Position numbers and translations under genes: made by a program. 64,000 nucleotides of DNA. Origin: Longimicrobiales bacterium (lineage in GTDB: Bacteria; Gemmatimonadota; Gemmatimonadetes; Longimicrobiales; Gaopeijiaceae). The stretch lies in NCBI GenBank assembly GCA_965219445.1, contig CBDCNQ010000005.1, forward strand, positions 480,001 through 544,000, in the 5' to 3' direction. The notes beneath the pieces are model-generated. The model saw only the letters and a program-made list of their open reading frames with translations. It did no database searches and was not told the DNA's origin. This document shows, one piece after another, positions 24,501-34,100 of the stretch; the stretch's first letter is position 1; each line of letters opens with the position of its first letter.

Positions 24501-25949
24501 ATACCCCCACATGCGCGCAGCGGAGTCGAAAGCGCTCCAGCCTGTCATGCCGATGGGCTCGTCCTCGATTACGGCGCCACTCAACCCGCCTTCGCGAAGA
24601 TTGGGTGCGTGAGAGTGCTGCTGCCGGAGCGCCGAGCGGTCGGGGGTTTCGGACATCTGCGTGAAGATCTCTGAAAGCTCTGCCAGAAATGACGCGATCA
24701 ATGCCTCGCCAAGGCACGCTTGGTGTTCGAACGTAACAGTTACTCGAGTACCTAACTCGCGGAAATACACGAAGAGCAACATCTTGGCGTCGGCCGGCTG
24801 CATTGCAGCCACGCGCATCCTGACATCGCCCAAGCCCCGTTGAGGACCGTCTTGCTCCGTCCCCGACTGCATGGCACACATCACCTGAAAGATGGGCGTC
24901 CGGGTCAGGTCCCGAACTCCGGGGAGCTCCTCGACCAGCTTCTCGAACGGCAGATCCTGATGCTCGTACGCGTCTAGCGTCGTCTCACGAACCCGTCGCA
25001 GCACCTCCCGGAAGCTTGGCTCCCCCGATAGATCCGTCCGTAGCGCTAGCGTGTTCAGGAAACTCCCGATCAATCCTTGAAGATCAGGGTGGTTACGGTT
25101 CGCGATCACAGTCCCGACGACGACATCTTCCTGTCCCGAATACCGAGCCATCAGAACCTTGAACGCCGCCAGCAACACCATGAACAGCGTCGCACCTTCT
25201 TCCCGACCCAAAGCCCGCAAACCCTCCATCACCTCCGCTGGGATATCGAACCGCTCGCGCCCCCCTCGGTGACTCTGAACCGCCGGCCGGGCTCGATCCG
25301 TCGGCAACTCCAACAACTCCGGAGCCCCCGATAACTTCCCCTTCCAGTACGTCAGCTGCCTCGCTAGCTCCCCACCCTCCAACCACTCTCGCTGCCACAT
25401 GGCGTAGTCCGCATACTGCACCGGTAGCTCAGGCAATGGTGACGTCGCCGAACCACCCCCGTACGCCTCGTACAGCACACTCAACTCCCGGAACAGTACA
25501 TCCATGCTCCATCCATCACTCACAATGTGATGCATCGACAGAAGCAGGACATGCTCCGAATCGGACAACCTCAATAGCTCCGCCCGGAACAGTGGCCCTC
25601 GCTCCAGATCGAAGCCCCGCCCCGCCATCTCCTCCGCCCGCCGCCGAATCTCCTCCTCCAACTCCGCCCCACCCAGACCCGTCAGATCCTCCCGCGGTAA
25701 CTCCCACCCCCCAGCCTCTCCCACCACCTGCCAAGGCTCCCCGTCAATCTCCACAAACGTCGTTCGCAACGACTCATGCCGACCGATCACCTCCCCAATC
25801 GCCCACTCTAACCCCCCAACATCCAACACCCCAGACAGCTCTATGACGCGGCCAGTGTTGTATCGATCGCTCTCCGGCACAATCTGGTGTAATAGCCAGA
25901 AGCGTCTCTGTGACCACGAGCAGGGAAAGCGGGTCTCTCGTGGCTTCAT
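15528..25949 (-). CDS. NRPS-4: C-A(Ala-like)-T-C-A(Val-like)-T-C-A(Thr)-T-TE
   Basis: Three HHIVSDG motifs, three YTSGSTG motifs, carrier sites GGTSL/GGTSF/GGHSL and TE GWSFGG. Hand-read codes DLFNCCLT, DALWLGGV and DFWNVGMV. Confidence 0.96.
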   Translation of the reverse strand: MKPRETRFPCSWSQRRFWLLHQIVPESDRYNTGRVIELSGVLDVGGLEWAIGEVIGRHESLRTTFVEIDGEPWQVVGEAGGWELPREDLTGLGGAELEEEIRRRAEEMAGRGFDLERGPLFRAELLRLSDSEHVLLLSMHHIVSDGWSMDVLFRELSVLYEAYGGGSATSPLPELPVQYADYAMWQREWLEGGELARQLTYWKGKLSGAPELLELPTDRARPAVQSHRGGRERFDIPAEVMEGLRALGREEGATLFMVLLAAFKVLMARYSGQEDVVVGTVIANRNHPDLQGLIGSFLNTLALRTDLSGEPSFREVLRRVRETTLDAYEHQDLPFEKLVEELPGVRDLTRTPIFQVMCAMQSGTEQDGPQRGLGDVRMRVAAMQPADAKMLLFVYFRELGTRVTVTFEHQACLGEALIASFLAELSEIFTQMSETPDRSALRQQHSHAPNLREGGLSGAVIEDEPIGMTGWSAFDSAARMWGYRPAVEAGARVLTYAELRGMAVDFADGVLTAGVSRDDLVAILLPRDHRLIVSLLGCLAAQRCYVPIGPEVPDSRVRAILSDASVRLVVAEARTIEELGKEQPQEWRAFESLIAGSDGTFDPTMGEPSLNALAYVVYTSGSTGKPKGVGIEHRGLAALLEWTRATFSPADFEGMLATTSVSFDLSVFEVFGTLSMGGCVLLKEDALDIGAEPSLGRVTFLNTVPSAAAALLDSVGLPDTLRVICLCGEVFSGTLAIALRRSGFEGRLFNLYGPSEDTTYSTAFEVPMEQVDKGCEAPPIGRPIRGTSAYVLDEELKPTAIGIAGEVYLSGHGVAQGYVNAPAATAASFLPDPFAEHGPGSRMYRTGDLATIGPDGHLHFLGRRDRQVKLRGFRVELDEVERVLERHPAIREVRVCLVGERGESPQLCAFVRLGDRESIDVSLDLASTDLADWAVRLIPRYMVPTHVFALPSLPTTERGKTDYKALVEWADRELGLTSGPQVAHRSELAPLEAYLAKVWGDLLGLQAVKRTDDFFLLGGTSLSAMRLVAQVRSDMGIRLTLDVVFRFSTLEALAATIREGGRHSRDDEALPDRHLRVRRPEPSRLSHAQERLWFLDRMYPGDAFYTVSKGVRLSGVLDVGGLEWAIGEVIGRHESLRTTFVEIDGEPWQVVGEAGGWELPREDLTGLGGAELEEEIRRRAEEMAGWGFDLERGPLFRAELLRLSDSEHVLLLSMHHIVSDGWSMDVLFRELSVLYEAYGGGSATSPLPELPVQYADYAMWQREWLEGGELARQLTYWKGKLSGAPELLELPTDRARPAVQSHRGGRERFDIPAEVVEGLRALGREEGATLFMVLLAAFKVLMARYSGQEDVVVGTVIANRSREEFEGLIGFFLNTLALRTDLSGEPSFREVLRRVRETTLDAYEHQDLPFEKLVEELNVERSLAHHPVFQVMFTLRSPEKRALKLGELEATSVSTDSHTAKFDLVAMLVEKEDGSVVGSCGYSTDLFDSATIERMMGHYGRLLESVVEDVECPIYEMAMLGEDERRQLLEEWNETGVSYPEASVHELFEGQVERTPEGIAVECEGERYTYRELNERANQVAHQLRRLGVGPEVRVGLCVERGMELVVGMLGALKAGGAYVPLDPDYPPKRLAFMAEDSEVEVLLTQRRLVDRVPSLAVEVVYLDREEPIFDTADTMNLQVPVDPENLAYIIYTSGSTGTPKGTLVHHSAIPGFIHENFDLHTDSLELIPEVWAHYSAISWDALTLEVWTPLLRGGRVEIVPPTAEGGISLPNFADALRRGAVTHLWLTASLFNEIVDTAVEILGSLRLILVGGESLSPLHVHALMTEYPDMIVINGYGPSECTVFATCHLIGGEIRNDTLPLSIPIGQPVGDRKCFVLDQWMQPVPVGVRGELYVGGAAVARGYARRAGLTAARFVPDLFGEAGGRLYRTGDLVRWMPKGVLEFHGRVDAQVKVRGFRVELGEVESMISSHPDIKACAVVSDVGGSRGVEPIAFVIPRASGLIDERDLREWLTDRMPSFMIPHGIIIVDSLPTTTTGKVDRRELGWQVEKRLRHANWERSSARYELIESLLVELVREVTGATSLSLSDDFFSVGGTSFTATRLAWRIRDALGVGLPVQAVFEKRTIGAIAALVRKLRTTRVSPRPRLVPRLREAGPTPASYAQRQMFILERLVRGRATYVINNGVRLSGVLDVGGLEWAIGEVIGRHESLRTTFVEIDGEPWQVVGEAGGWELPREDLTGLGGAELEEEIRRRAEEMAGRGFDLERGPLFRAELLRLSDSEHVLLLSMHHIVSDGWSMDVLFRELSVLYEAYGGGSATSPLPELPVQYADYAMWQREWLEGGELARQLTYWKGKLSGAPELLELPTDRARPAVQSHRGTFLHFDYPTLAQPLERLGREEGATLFMVLLAAFKVLIARYSGQEDVVVGSVSSGRIEPTLDPIIGCFVNTLALRTDLSGEPSFREVLRRIRETTLEAYEHQDLPFAKLVEELNVERSPAYNPVFQVMFSMPIASDSVRRLGGAIDLRRTTTSYKSSKFDLQVFVVRNPQGLRGWLEYSTDLFDSATIERMMGHYGRLLESVVEDVECPIYEMAMLGEDERRQLLEEWNETGVSYPEASVHELFEGQVERTPEGIAVECEGERYTYRELNERANQVAHQLRRLGVGPEVRVGLCVERGMELVVGMLGALKAGGAYVPLDPDYPPKRRAFMAEDSEVEVLLTQRRLVDRVPSLAVEVVYLDREEPIFDTADTMNLQVPVDPENLAYIIYTSGSTGTPKGVLIPHGAVAGLFRATDHHFRFDESDTWPLFHSYAFDFSVWEIWGALLHGSRLVIVPFWVSRSATAFGEFIRDEGITIVNQTPSAFMELRNVDGQCDEAFLSGVKYVVLGGEALDVTSTQDWLRERADSDLILCNMYGITEATVHSTLKRLDVKESATRHSAIGRPLPGWTLYVLDGGMQLVAVGVAGELYIGGAGLARGYWGRAGLTAERFVPNPFGERGERLYVTGDRVRWRSDGQLEFLGRFDDQVKVRGFRIEPGEVESVLMGHERVRDAVVVVQEDEEGDRKLVGYVVLEGRADGTGEVRRYLRDRLPEFMVPNYLVALDELPLNPSGKIDRASLPEPTNQRDGLAEYVEPRTRVEKVIAEIWSEVLGVEEIGIHDNFFELGGHSLLAMRVSDLIQARLGASPSLEAFYSSGTVRALAGGLGDTLPVSVGEPPLVVALTTEKIGMASVICPHAVGAGVLSYEALSKLLAKDFNVFGIRATSCESPRFARHGTVEVMARDYVEEIRTRGLADPLNLVGWSFGGVIAYEMALQLEAVKKVVGSLTLIDCRGYVGEQINHVAPIMAIMSDLTGSGFLDKLEGMSPDEQLAVARSELARMSAPESRAERLAVYERNRSAWLQYRPTRFRGDVLFLRASNEPLPTGEEPAPYWQRLIDGSLVIRQVPCIHNEIMKEPFVGAVAEELRTVLVMARQCGSA

Positions 25950-27229
25950 GACTCGCGCTTTGAGCTTGTTGACGCGAGATTCTCCGGATCCGAGTCCAAG
26001 CCCGCGCTACTCAAGAGACTCAGAAGGGACAAGGCCTCGAGCGCGGGAGTGGCATACCGCCCATAGCTAGCGAGATCTTCCGTCAAGCGAGGTACCAGGT
26101 CGCGGCGTCCGTCCCGTGCCCACATCGCGAACGGAACAGGTTCGGGGTCATGGGAGGCGCGCCTCGGGCCGGCGGTCCTTGTCCTGTGGGAGCTGGTGTT
26201 CGTGTAATGATCAGGAACGACAACTAGAGTGCCGAGCCGGTCCGGATGGTTTTGGAAGTACCTCACCACGGGTGCCACGACGCATCTGTCGAACCGCTCG
26301 ATCGACCAAACTTTGGCTCTGAAGTCCCCCTCGTGTGCGGCCTCGTCTGGCGCGTTCACATGACACAGGACGAACCGGTAGCCCCGTTTCAGAAGTTCGA
26401 GGGTTTGTCGCCCTTTCTCTACATATGACGTGTCGACGCGTCCGTTGCCGATCTTGTAGAAATCCATCCCTCCGGCACTGCAGATACCACCTAGAAAATC
26501 CATGGCGCCAACGATCGCAGCCGGGGCTGTCCATTCGTGCCGGCTCTCGAGACGGGGCAGCTCGATGTCCTTCGATGGACTCCATGGCCACAAGAAGTTC
26601 GCCCGACAGCCATCAAGCACCTTCGCGACATTATTGCAGAATCCCATCAGCATCACACACACATCTTCTGCGGCCGGACCGTTCGAGGTACAGAGCTCAC
26701 CGAGCTTGGTCCGACACCCCTGCACCTCGTGAGGCTCTAAGAGCCTCAGGTCTGCCGGGTCAACACCCGCACACCGTATTCTGAGCAGACAGCGGTAATC
26801 GCTCATATGGAGGAGGGCTATGCGGGGATACGTCTCTCTGACGCGATCGCAGACCTTATCCACCAGCGCCGACGCTTCGCCTGTGCCTATGGCATGGGCA
26901 CTGAAACTGGCGAGCCGCCCTGCGCGCAGATGACAGAGATTCGCTCGAAACACCAGTTCTTGCGGCTCTGGCACCAAGCCCATTCCACGTAGCTCCATCG
27001 CTGCTCGCCCGCCAGGATTGTACCTGCGCGGATCCCAGCCTAAGAGGGCAAGATGTGCCGTCAGACTTCCATGGTCGACGCCAGAGTAAAGTGTCTTTAT
27101 GCGACCGACCACCCCACTGGACGCTATGGTGTCGATCCATCTCGTTTTGGCAGCCGCGAGCGGCGTTAATAGAGATTCACGTACCCGGTCCGCAGCCCCA
27201 TCGGGTACGAGGACCACATGCTGCCTCAT
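25946..27229 (-). CDS. Cofactor-independent phosphoglycerate-mutase-like (ApgM/PhosphMutase) metalloenzyme
   Basis: VPDGAAD, GSLTAHLALLGWDP, FRANL, HVNAPDEAAHEGD, PDHYT and HDPEPVPF. Confidence 0.85.
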   Translation of the reverse strand: MRQHVVLVPDGAADRVRESLLTPLAAAKTRWIDTIASSGVVGRIKTLYSGVDHGSLTAHLALLGWDPRRYNPGGRAAMELRGMGLVPEPQELVFRANLCHLRAGRLASFSAHAIGTGEASALVDKVCDRVRETYPRIALLHMSDYRCLLRIRCAGVDPADLRLLEPHEVQGCRTKLGELCTSNGPAAEDVCVMLMGFCNNVAKVLDGCRANFLWPWSPSKDIELPRLESRHEWTAPAAIVGAMDFLGGICSAGGMDFYKIGNGRVDTSYVEKGRQTLELLKRGYRFVLCHVNAPDEAAHEGDFRAKVWSIERFDRCVVAPVVRYFQNHPDRLGTLVVVPDHYTNTSSHRTRTAGPRRASHDPEPVPFAMWARDGRRDLVPRLTEDLASYGRYATPALEALSLLSLLSSAGLDSDPENLASTSSKRES

Positions 27230-28164
27230 GATCGGGGCGAGGTTGTGCGCAACCGGCTCCTGTACTCCTCCAAGGTCGCCATACCCTTCCAGCCGGCGTC
27301 ACCCGAAATGGCGACAACACACGCCGCCTCGTCCCCAAGCTCATTGGCCAATTCCGTTGCAATGGCCGCCACTCCTCCCGTTTGGATTCCACAGAACATA
27401 CCTTCGCCCTTGAGGCACTCACACCAGTCGCTAGCCTCCTGCCACCCAACCGAGCGTATCTCGTCAATGCAGCCCTGCTTCTGCGCCTTGGTGATGAACG
27501 GGGTGACGTAGTCGCCGTCATCGAAGCTACCGGTCCCCGGAATCCGGCTGCCCTTCGAAGCCTTGACTCCGACGATCCGAACGAGGGAGGCCCGTTCTTT
27601 GAAGAAGCGCGAGACCCCTGCGACCGTGCCACCGGAACCGAGAGATCCCACGATCGCAGTCACTGCCGGCAAACCTTTAAGAATCTCCGGACCTGTTGTT
27701 CTGTAGTGGGCAAGCGGATTGGCGGGATTGTGCAACTGGTCCAAGAAAAGGACATCCGGAGCGCCGGCAGCCACGTGGTCTCGGCACCATCGGTTCCCTT
27801 CTATCGTGAAGTGTCCGAGTTCTTTGACCTCGGCATCGTAGTAGTCGAGGAGAGTTCGCTTCTCGTGGGTGATCTTTGAACTCACCACTACTTTCGCTCG
27901 TAGCCCGAGGGCAGCAGCAAGGAATGCCATCGAACATGCGAAATTGCCACTCGAGGCATCCAGCAACGTTGCACCGGGACACAACCGGCCGTCCAGCTCG
28001 GCCTCCAACAAGATGGAGAGCGCGGTCCGATCCTTCAGGCTACCGGTCGGATTCGAACCTTCGAGTTTGAGGAACACCCTCGCGCTGCCGGATCTACGTA
28101 GGCCCCGCAGTTCAACGAGTGGTGTGTTGCCGATCAGATCGGCCATGTCCCGCAGGCTCCTCAA
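27226..28164 (-). CDS. PLP-dependent cysteine-synthase-family enzyme
   Basis: IGNTPLV, KLEGSNPTGSLKDR, SSGN and GSGGT. Confidence 0.9.
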   Translation of the reverse strand: MRSLRDMADLIGNTPLVELRGLRRSGSARVFLKLEGSNPTGSLKDRTALSILLEAELDGRLCPGATLLDASSGNFACSMAFLAAALGLRAKVVVSSKITHEKRTLLDYYDAEVKELGHFTIEGNRWCRDHVAAGAPDVLFLDQLHNPANPLAHYRTTGPEILKGLPAVTAIVGSLGSGGTVAGVSRFFKERASLVRIVGVKASKGSRIPGTGSFDDGDYVTPFITKAQKQGCIDEIRSVGWQEASDWCECLKGEGMFCGIQTGGVAAIATELANELGDEAACVVAISGDAGWKGMATLEEYRSRLRTTSPRS

Positions 28165-28194
28165 CGGTGCCCCCCTGACGTGGTCATGATTCGC

Positions 28195-31100
28195 TTAGCG
28201 TCTCCGCCTCAGGACAGGCCTCGCGTGAGCTCTTCCCGGGCCATGTGCTCGGTGACGCTCGACAAGGTTCGCCATCTCCGAAAGCGTAGAGGCTTGAAAA
28301 ATCTGTCGGACGGATAAGACAGTCCCAACGTCTCTCTCGAGATCAGCCAGCAGCCGAATCACCGCAAGTGAGTTGCCGCCCACTGAGAAGAAGTCGGCTT
28401 CCCTGTCTATCGAACCCACGGGCGAGGAAATTGCGCGTGACCAGGACGCCCACAGCTGCATCTCGAGATCTGAGGCTGGACCACATCGCGAGACATCGGG
28501 TTCGCCAATCCGTGCCCGTGCGATCTCCCTGAGAGCCCGTTCATCGCGCTTGCCGTTAGTTGTCACAGGCACCTGCTCGACCTGCCACATGTAGGTCGGC
28601 ACCATGTAGTCGGGCAATCTAGACATAAGCATACGGCGGTGCTCCGTTATGTCGAGTTCGCCCGGTCCGGCCGAGCGAAGAAACGCGGCTAGCTTCGCAG
28701 CTCCTTGACCATCTGTGTCGAGAACGTGGATACAAGCGGCATCGCCGACGGTGGCAGCGAGCATCAGGGCATGCTCTATCTCTTTCAGATCAACTCGAAA
28801 GCCACGGAGTTTGACCTGGGAGTCATGTCGCCCCTCGAAGAAGATCTCACCATCCGCGTTCACGCGACCTCTGTCGCCGGTCACATACATCCGGGTGCCC
28901 GACTCACTCCAGAACGGATCCGGAATGAAACGCTCGGCCGTGGGGCCCGGTTCGCCAGCGTAGCCGCGGGCCAGCCGATTGCCCCCGATGTAGATGTCCC
29001 CAATCATCCCCTCCGGAACGGGGTTCAGATGGCGGTCGAGCACGTATATTGCGGCATCCGTTAGTGGGGCCCCAAGGGGAACGCCGCGGTGCGCGTTACC
29101 CCAATCCAGTTCCGTCCTGATCTCGTACATCGAGATCGCCACGCTGGTTTCTGTCGCCCCATAGTGATTGAAGATCCTTAGATTTGGCGAAACCGCCTTC
29201 AGAGATCTCAACCAACTTCTTTCGGCTGCCTCTCCTCCGATCACCAAGTGATGGTTGGGGAGGGCGTCAGGGTTGGGCGGGGAGCCCAGGAGAGCCTTCA
29301 GATGAGAAGGCACGATCTTGAGACCGCTGATGTTGTAGCACTTCATATACTGGGCGAACGCGCGGCCGTCGAGCGCGATCGACTCCGGCACAATGTAGAG
29401 TGTACCCGCTGCGTAGGCTGCGCCGAAGATTTGGGAAACCACCGAATCGAAGGATAGAGGCTGAACCAACGCGAACCTTGCCCCGGGCTCGACCTGCAGT
29501 CGTTGCAGGAGGCCCTCCACGTACCTTGCCAGCTCAGCATGTGCGATCAGAACGCCTTTCGGCGTTCCGGTGGTGCCCGACGTGAAGATCGCGTACGCCA
29601 AGTTCTCCGAATGGGTCCGAACGGGGGACAGATCGACTGCGGTATCGTGAGCCGCACTCAACCGTACGCGTAGCGAGGGCGCTGGCACCAAGGTCGCATC
29701 CCTCTTGTCAGTCAACACCAAGTCAAGGCTCAGGGTCTCTATCGCTTGTCTGAGCCGAGTATTCGGAGATCGTACGTCCAACGGCACGAAAGCCGCTCCT
29801 GCGCACAGCGTCCCCCAGATCGCGACGATCGCCTCAGCGGACCGATCCATGAGGATCCCTACTCTCCGTTCGGGCCCGAGATCGCTTGCCACCAGTTTGC
29901 TAGCAAGCATAAGCGCTTGTTGGCGGAGTTCCTGATAGGTGAGGCTTCGCCCGGCATCGACTATAGCCAGATCGTCGCCATGTCGTTTCGCTACATCTTC
30001 AAGAACATCGATAGCCAAGCGCATCCCACCGTTTCCGCAGTCGGGGTTTTGCTGTAGTGCGAGAGCGTGATGTTCGCGACGATGGGGCGAGTCCAGGGGA
30101 ATCAACCAGACTGACTCTGAGGAATCTTCCACAGCCGCCCGCAGGACTGCCTGAAAGTGATCCGAAAGCCGGGCTACGGTTGCGGGAGTGAAGCAGTTGG
30201 CATTGAACTCCAGAGTCGCGTGTGTCTTGTCGGCGTTGTTCCGGGAAGTCAGGATTCGGAGTGCGAGATCGAACTTGGCAGTGTGACTGTCTGTCGAAAC
30301 CGACGTCGCCTCCAGTTCACCCAGCTTGAGCGCTCGCTTCTCCGGACTGCGGAGCGTGAACATCACCTGGAAGACCGGATGATGTGCCAGACTCCGTTCG
30401 ACGTTGAGCTCCTCGACCAGCTTCTCGAACGGCAGATTCTGATGCTCGTACGCGTCTAGCGTCGTCTCACGAACCCGTCGCAGCACCTCCCGGAAGCTTG
30501 GCTCCCCCGATAGATCCGTCCGTAGCGCTAGCGTGTTCAGGAAGAACCCGATCAGTCCTTCGAATTCCTCTCGGCTACGGTTCGCGATCACAGTCCCGAC
30601 GACGACATCTTCCTGTCCCGAATACCGAGCCATCAGAACCTTGAACGCCGCCAGCAACACCATGAACAGCGTCGCACCTTCTTCCCGACCCAAAGCCCGC
30701 AAACCCTCCACCACCTCCGCTGGGATATCGAACCGCTCGCGCCCCCCTCGGTGACTCTGAACCGCCGGCCGGGCTCGATCCGTCGGCAACTCCAACAACT
30801 CCGGAGCCCCCGATAACTTCCCCTTCCAGTACGTCAGCTGCCTCGCTAGCTCCCCACCCTCCAACCACTCTCGCTGCCACATGGCGTAGTCCGCATACTG
30901 CACCGGTAGCTCAGGCAATGGTGACGTCGCCGAACCACCCCCGTACGCCTCGTACAGCACACTCAACTCCCGGAACAGTACATCCATGCTCCATCCATCA
31001 CTCACAATGTGATGCATCGACAGAAGCAGGACATGCTCCGAATCGGACAACCTCAATAGCTCCGCCCGGAACAGTGGCCCTCGCTCCAGATCGAAGCCCC

Positions 31101-34100
31101 ACCCCGCCATCTCCTCCGCCCGCCGCCGAATCTCCTCCTCCAACTCCGCCCCACCCAGACCCGTCAGATCCTCCCGCGGTAACTCCCACCCCCCAGCCTC
31201 TCCCACCACCTGCCAAGGCTCCCCGTCAATCTCCACAAACGTCGTTCGCAACGACTCATGCCGACCGATCACCTCCCCAATCGCCCACTCTAACCCCCCA
31301 ACATCCAACACCCCAGACAGACGAACTCCCTTCGACACGGTGTAAAACGCATCGCCAGGATACATACGATCCAAAAACCACAGCCGCTCCTGTGCGTGCG
31401 AAAGCCACAAACGCTCCTCGCCCGGGGCTCGCCTCACCCCGCCCTCCTCGACGACCAGCCCACACTCGGCATCCTGCGCAAGAGACGCCACCTCAGGGCT
31501 CTCGAACATCCTCCGGAGCGGGACCTCCACACCAAGCTGGCTTCGGATACGCGTCTGGACCCGCGTGGCCAGAAGCGAATGGCCACCGAGTTCGAAGAAG
31601 TTGTCATGGATCCCGATTTCCTCGACCCCGAGAACCTCGCTCCAGATCTCGGCGATCACCTTTTCGACCCGCGTCCGAGGCTCCACGTACTCGGCGAGTC
31701 CATCTCTTTGGTTCGTCGGCTCCGGTAGGCTGGCCCGGTCGATCTTGCCACTCGGGTTCAGTGGCAACTCGTCCAGTGCCACCAAATAGTTCGGCACCAT
31801 GAACTCAGGAAGTCGATCGCGCAGATACCGACGCACTTCGCCCGTCCCATCCGCCCTTCCCTCCAACACCACATACCCAACCAGTTTTCGGTCCCCCTCC
31901 TCGTCCTCCTGCACTACCACCACCGCGTCACGCACCCGCTCGTGACCCATCAGCACCGACTCGACCTCGCCCGGCTCGATCCGAAATCCTCGCACCTTCA
32001 CCTGATCGTCGAACCGCCCCAGGAATTCCAACTGCCCATCTGAGCGCCACCGCACACGATCCCCCGTCACGTACAAACGCTCCCCCCTCTCGCCAAACGG
32101 GTTCGGCACGAACCGCTCCGCTGTCAGGCCTGCTCGACCCCAGTACCCCCGAGCTAAACCCGCACCTCCGATGTACAACTCGCCCGCCACACCCACCGCC
32201 ACCAACTGCATCCCCCCGTCCAGCACGTACAACGTCCATCCCGGTAATGGACGGCCGATCGCGCTGTGTCTCGTTGCACTCTCCTTAACATCCAATCTCT
32301 TGAGCGTACTGTGGACAGTCGCTTCTGTGATCCCGTACATATTGCACAAGATCAGGTCGCTGTCCGCACGCTCCCGAAGCCAATCCTGAGTGCTCGTTAC
32401 GTCCAGCGCTTCACCGCCCAGCACCACATATTTCACGCCACTTAGAAACGCCTCATCGCACTGACCATCGACGTTCCTGAGCTCCATGAACGCCGAAGGC
32501 GTTTGGTTGACGATAGTAATTCCCTCGTCGCGAATAAACTCACCAAACGCTGTCGCCGACCTGCTTACCCAGAACGGCACAATGACCAGTCGAGATCCGT
32601 GAAGCAGCGCGCCCCATATCTCCCACACGGAAAAGTCGAACGCATAGGAGTGGAATAGCGGCCAAGTATCCGATTCATCGAACCGAAAATGATGATCCGT
32701 GGCCCTGAAGAGCCCCGCCACTGCACCGTGCGGGATCAGAACACCTTTCGGGGTACCCGTGGAGCCGGAGGTGTAGATGATATAGGCCAGGTTCTCGGGA
32801 TCGACCGGCACCTGCAGATTCATCGTATCCGCGGTATCGAAGATCGGCTCCTCTCGATCGAGGTACACGACTTCCACGGCCAGTGACGGTACCCGGTCCA
32901 CCAGACGCCGCTGCGTCAGTAATACCTCGACCTCACTGTCCTCCGCCATGAATGCCCGCCGCTTCGGCGGATAGTCAGGATCTAGTGGCACATACGCTCC
33001 GCCCGCCTTCAATGCCCCCAACATCCCCACTACCAACTCCATCCCACGCTCTACACACAGCCCTACCCGTACTTCCGGACCCACACCCAGCCGCCTCAGT
33101 TGATGCGCAACCTGATTCGCCCGCTCGTTCAGCTCTCTGTACGTATACCGCTCCCCCTCACACTCCACTGCAATCCCTTCCGGCGTTCGCTCCACCTGCC
33201 CTTCGAACAGCTCGTGAACACTCGCCTCCGGATACGATACCCCCGTCTCGTTCCACTCCTCCAACAGCTGCCGACGCTCGTCTTCACCCAGCATCGCCAT
33301 CTCATAAATCGGACACTCCACATCCTCCACCACACTCTCCAACAACCGCCCGTAATGTCCCATCATCCGCTCGATCGTCGCGCTATCGAACAGGTCCGTG
33401 CTGTATCCACAGCTGCCCACAACCGACCCGTCCTCCTTCTCCACAAGCATCGCAACCAGATCGAACTTGACGGACCGCCCTTTCGGGAGGGCGAAAGGGT
33501 ATCCGAACGAGGACCTTGCTTCAGAATGAGGTCGTACAGCTCTGAATCCAACAAACACCTGGAAGACCGGATTGTACGCCGGACTCCGTTCGACGTTGAG
33601 CTCCTCCACCAGCTTCGCGAACGGCAGATCCTGATGCTCGTACGCCTCCAGCGTCGTCTCACGAATCCGTCGCAGCACCTCCCGGAAGCTCGGCTCCCCC
33701 GACAGATCCGTCCGTAGCGCTAGCGTGTTGGTGAAGAACCCGATCAGTCCTTCGAATTCCTCTCGGCTACGGTTCGCGATCGATGTCCCGACGACGACAT
33801 CTTCCTGTCCCGAATACCGAGCCATCAGAACCTTGAACGCCGCCAGCAACACCATGAACAGCGTCGCACCTTCTTCCCGACCCAAAGCCCGCAAACCCTC
33901 CACCACCTCCGCTGGGATATCGAACCGCTCGCGCCCCCCTCGGTGACTCTGAACCGCCGACCGGGCTCGATCCGTCGGCAACTCCAACAACTCCGGAGCC
34001 CCCGATAACTTCCCCTTCCAGTACGTCAGCTGCCTCGCTAGCTCCCCACCCTCCAACCACTCTCGCTGCCACATGGCGTAGTCCGCATACTGCACCGGTA

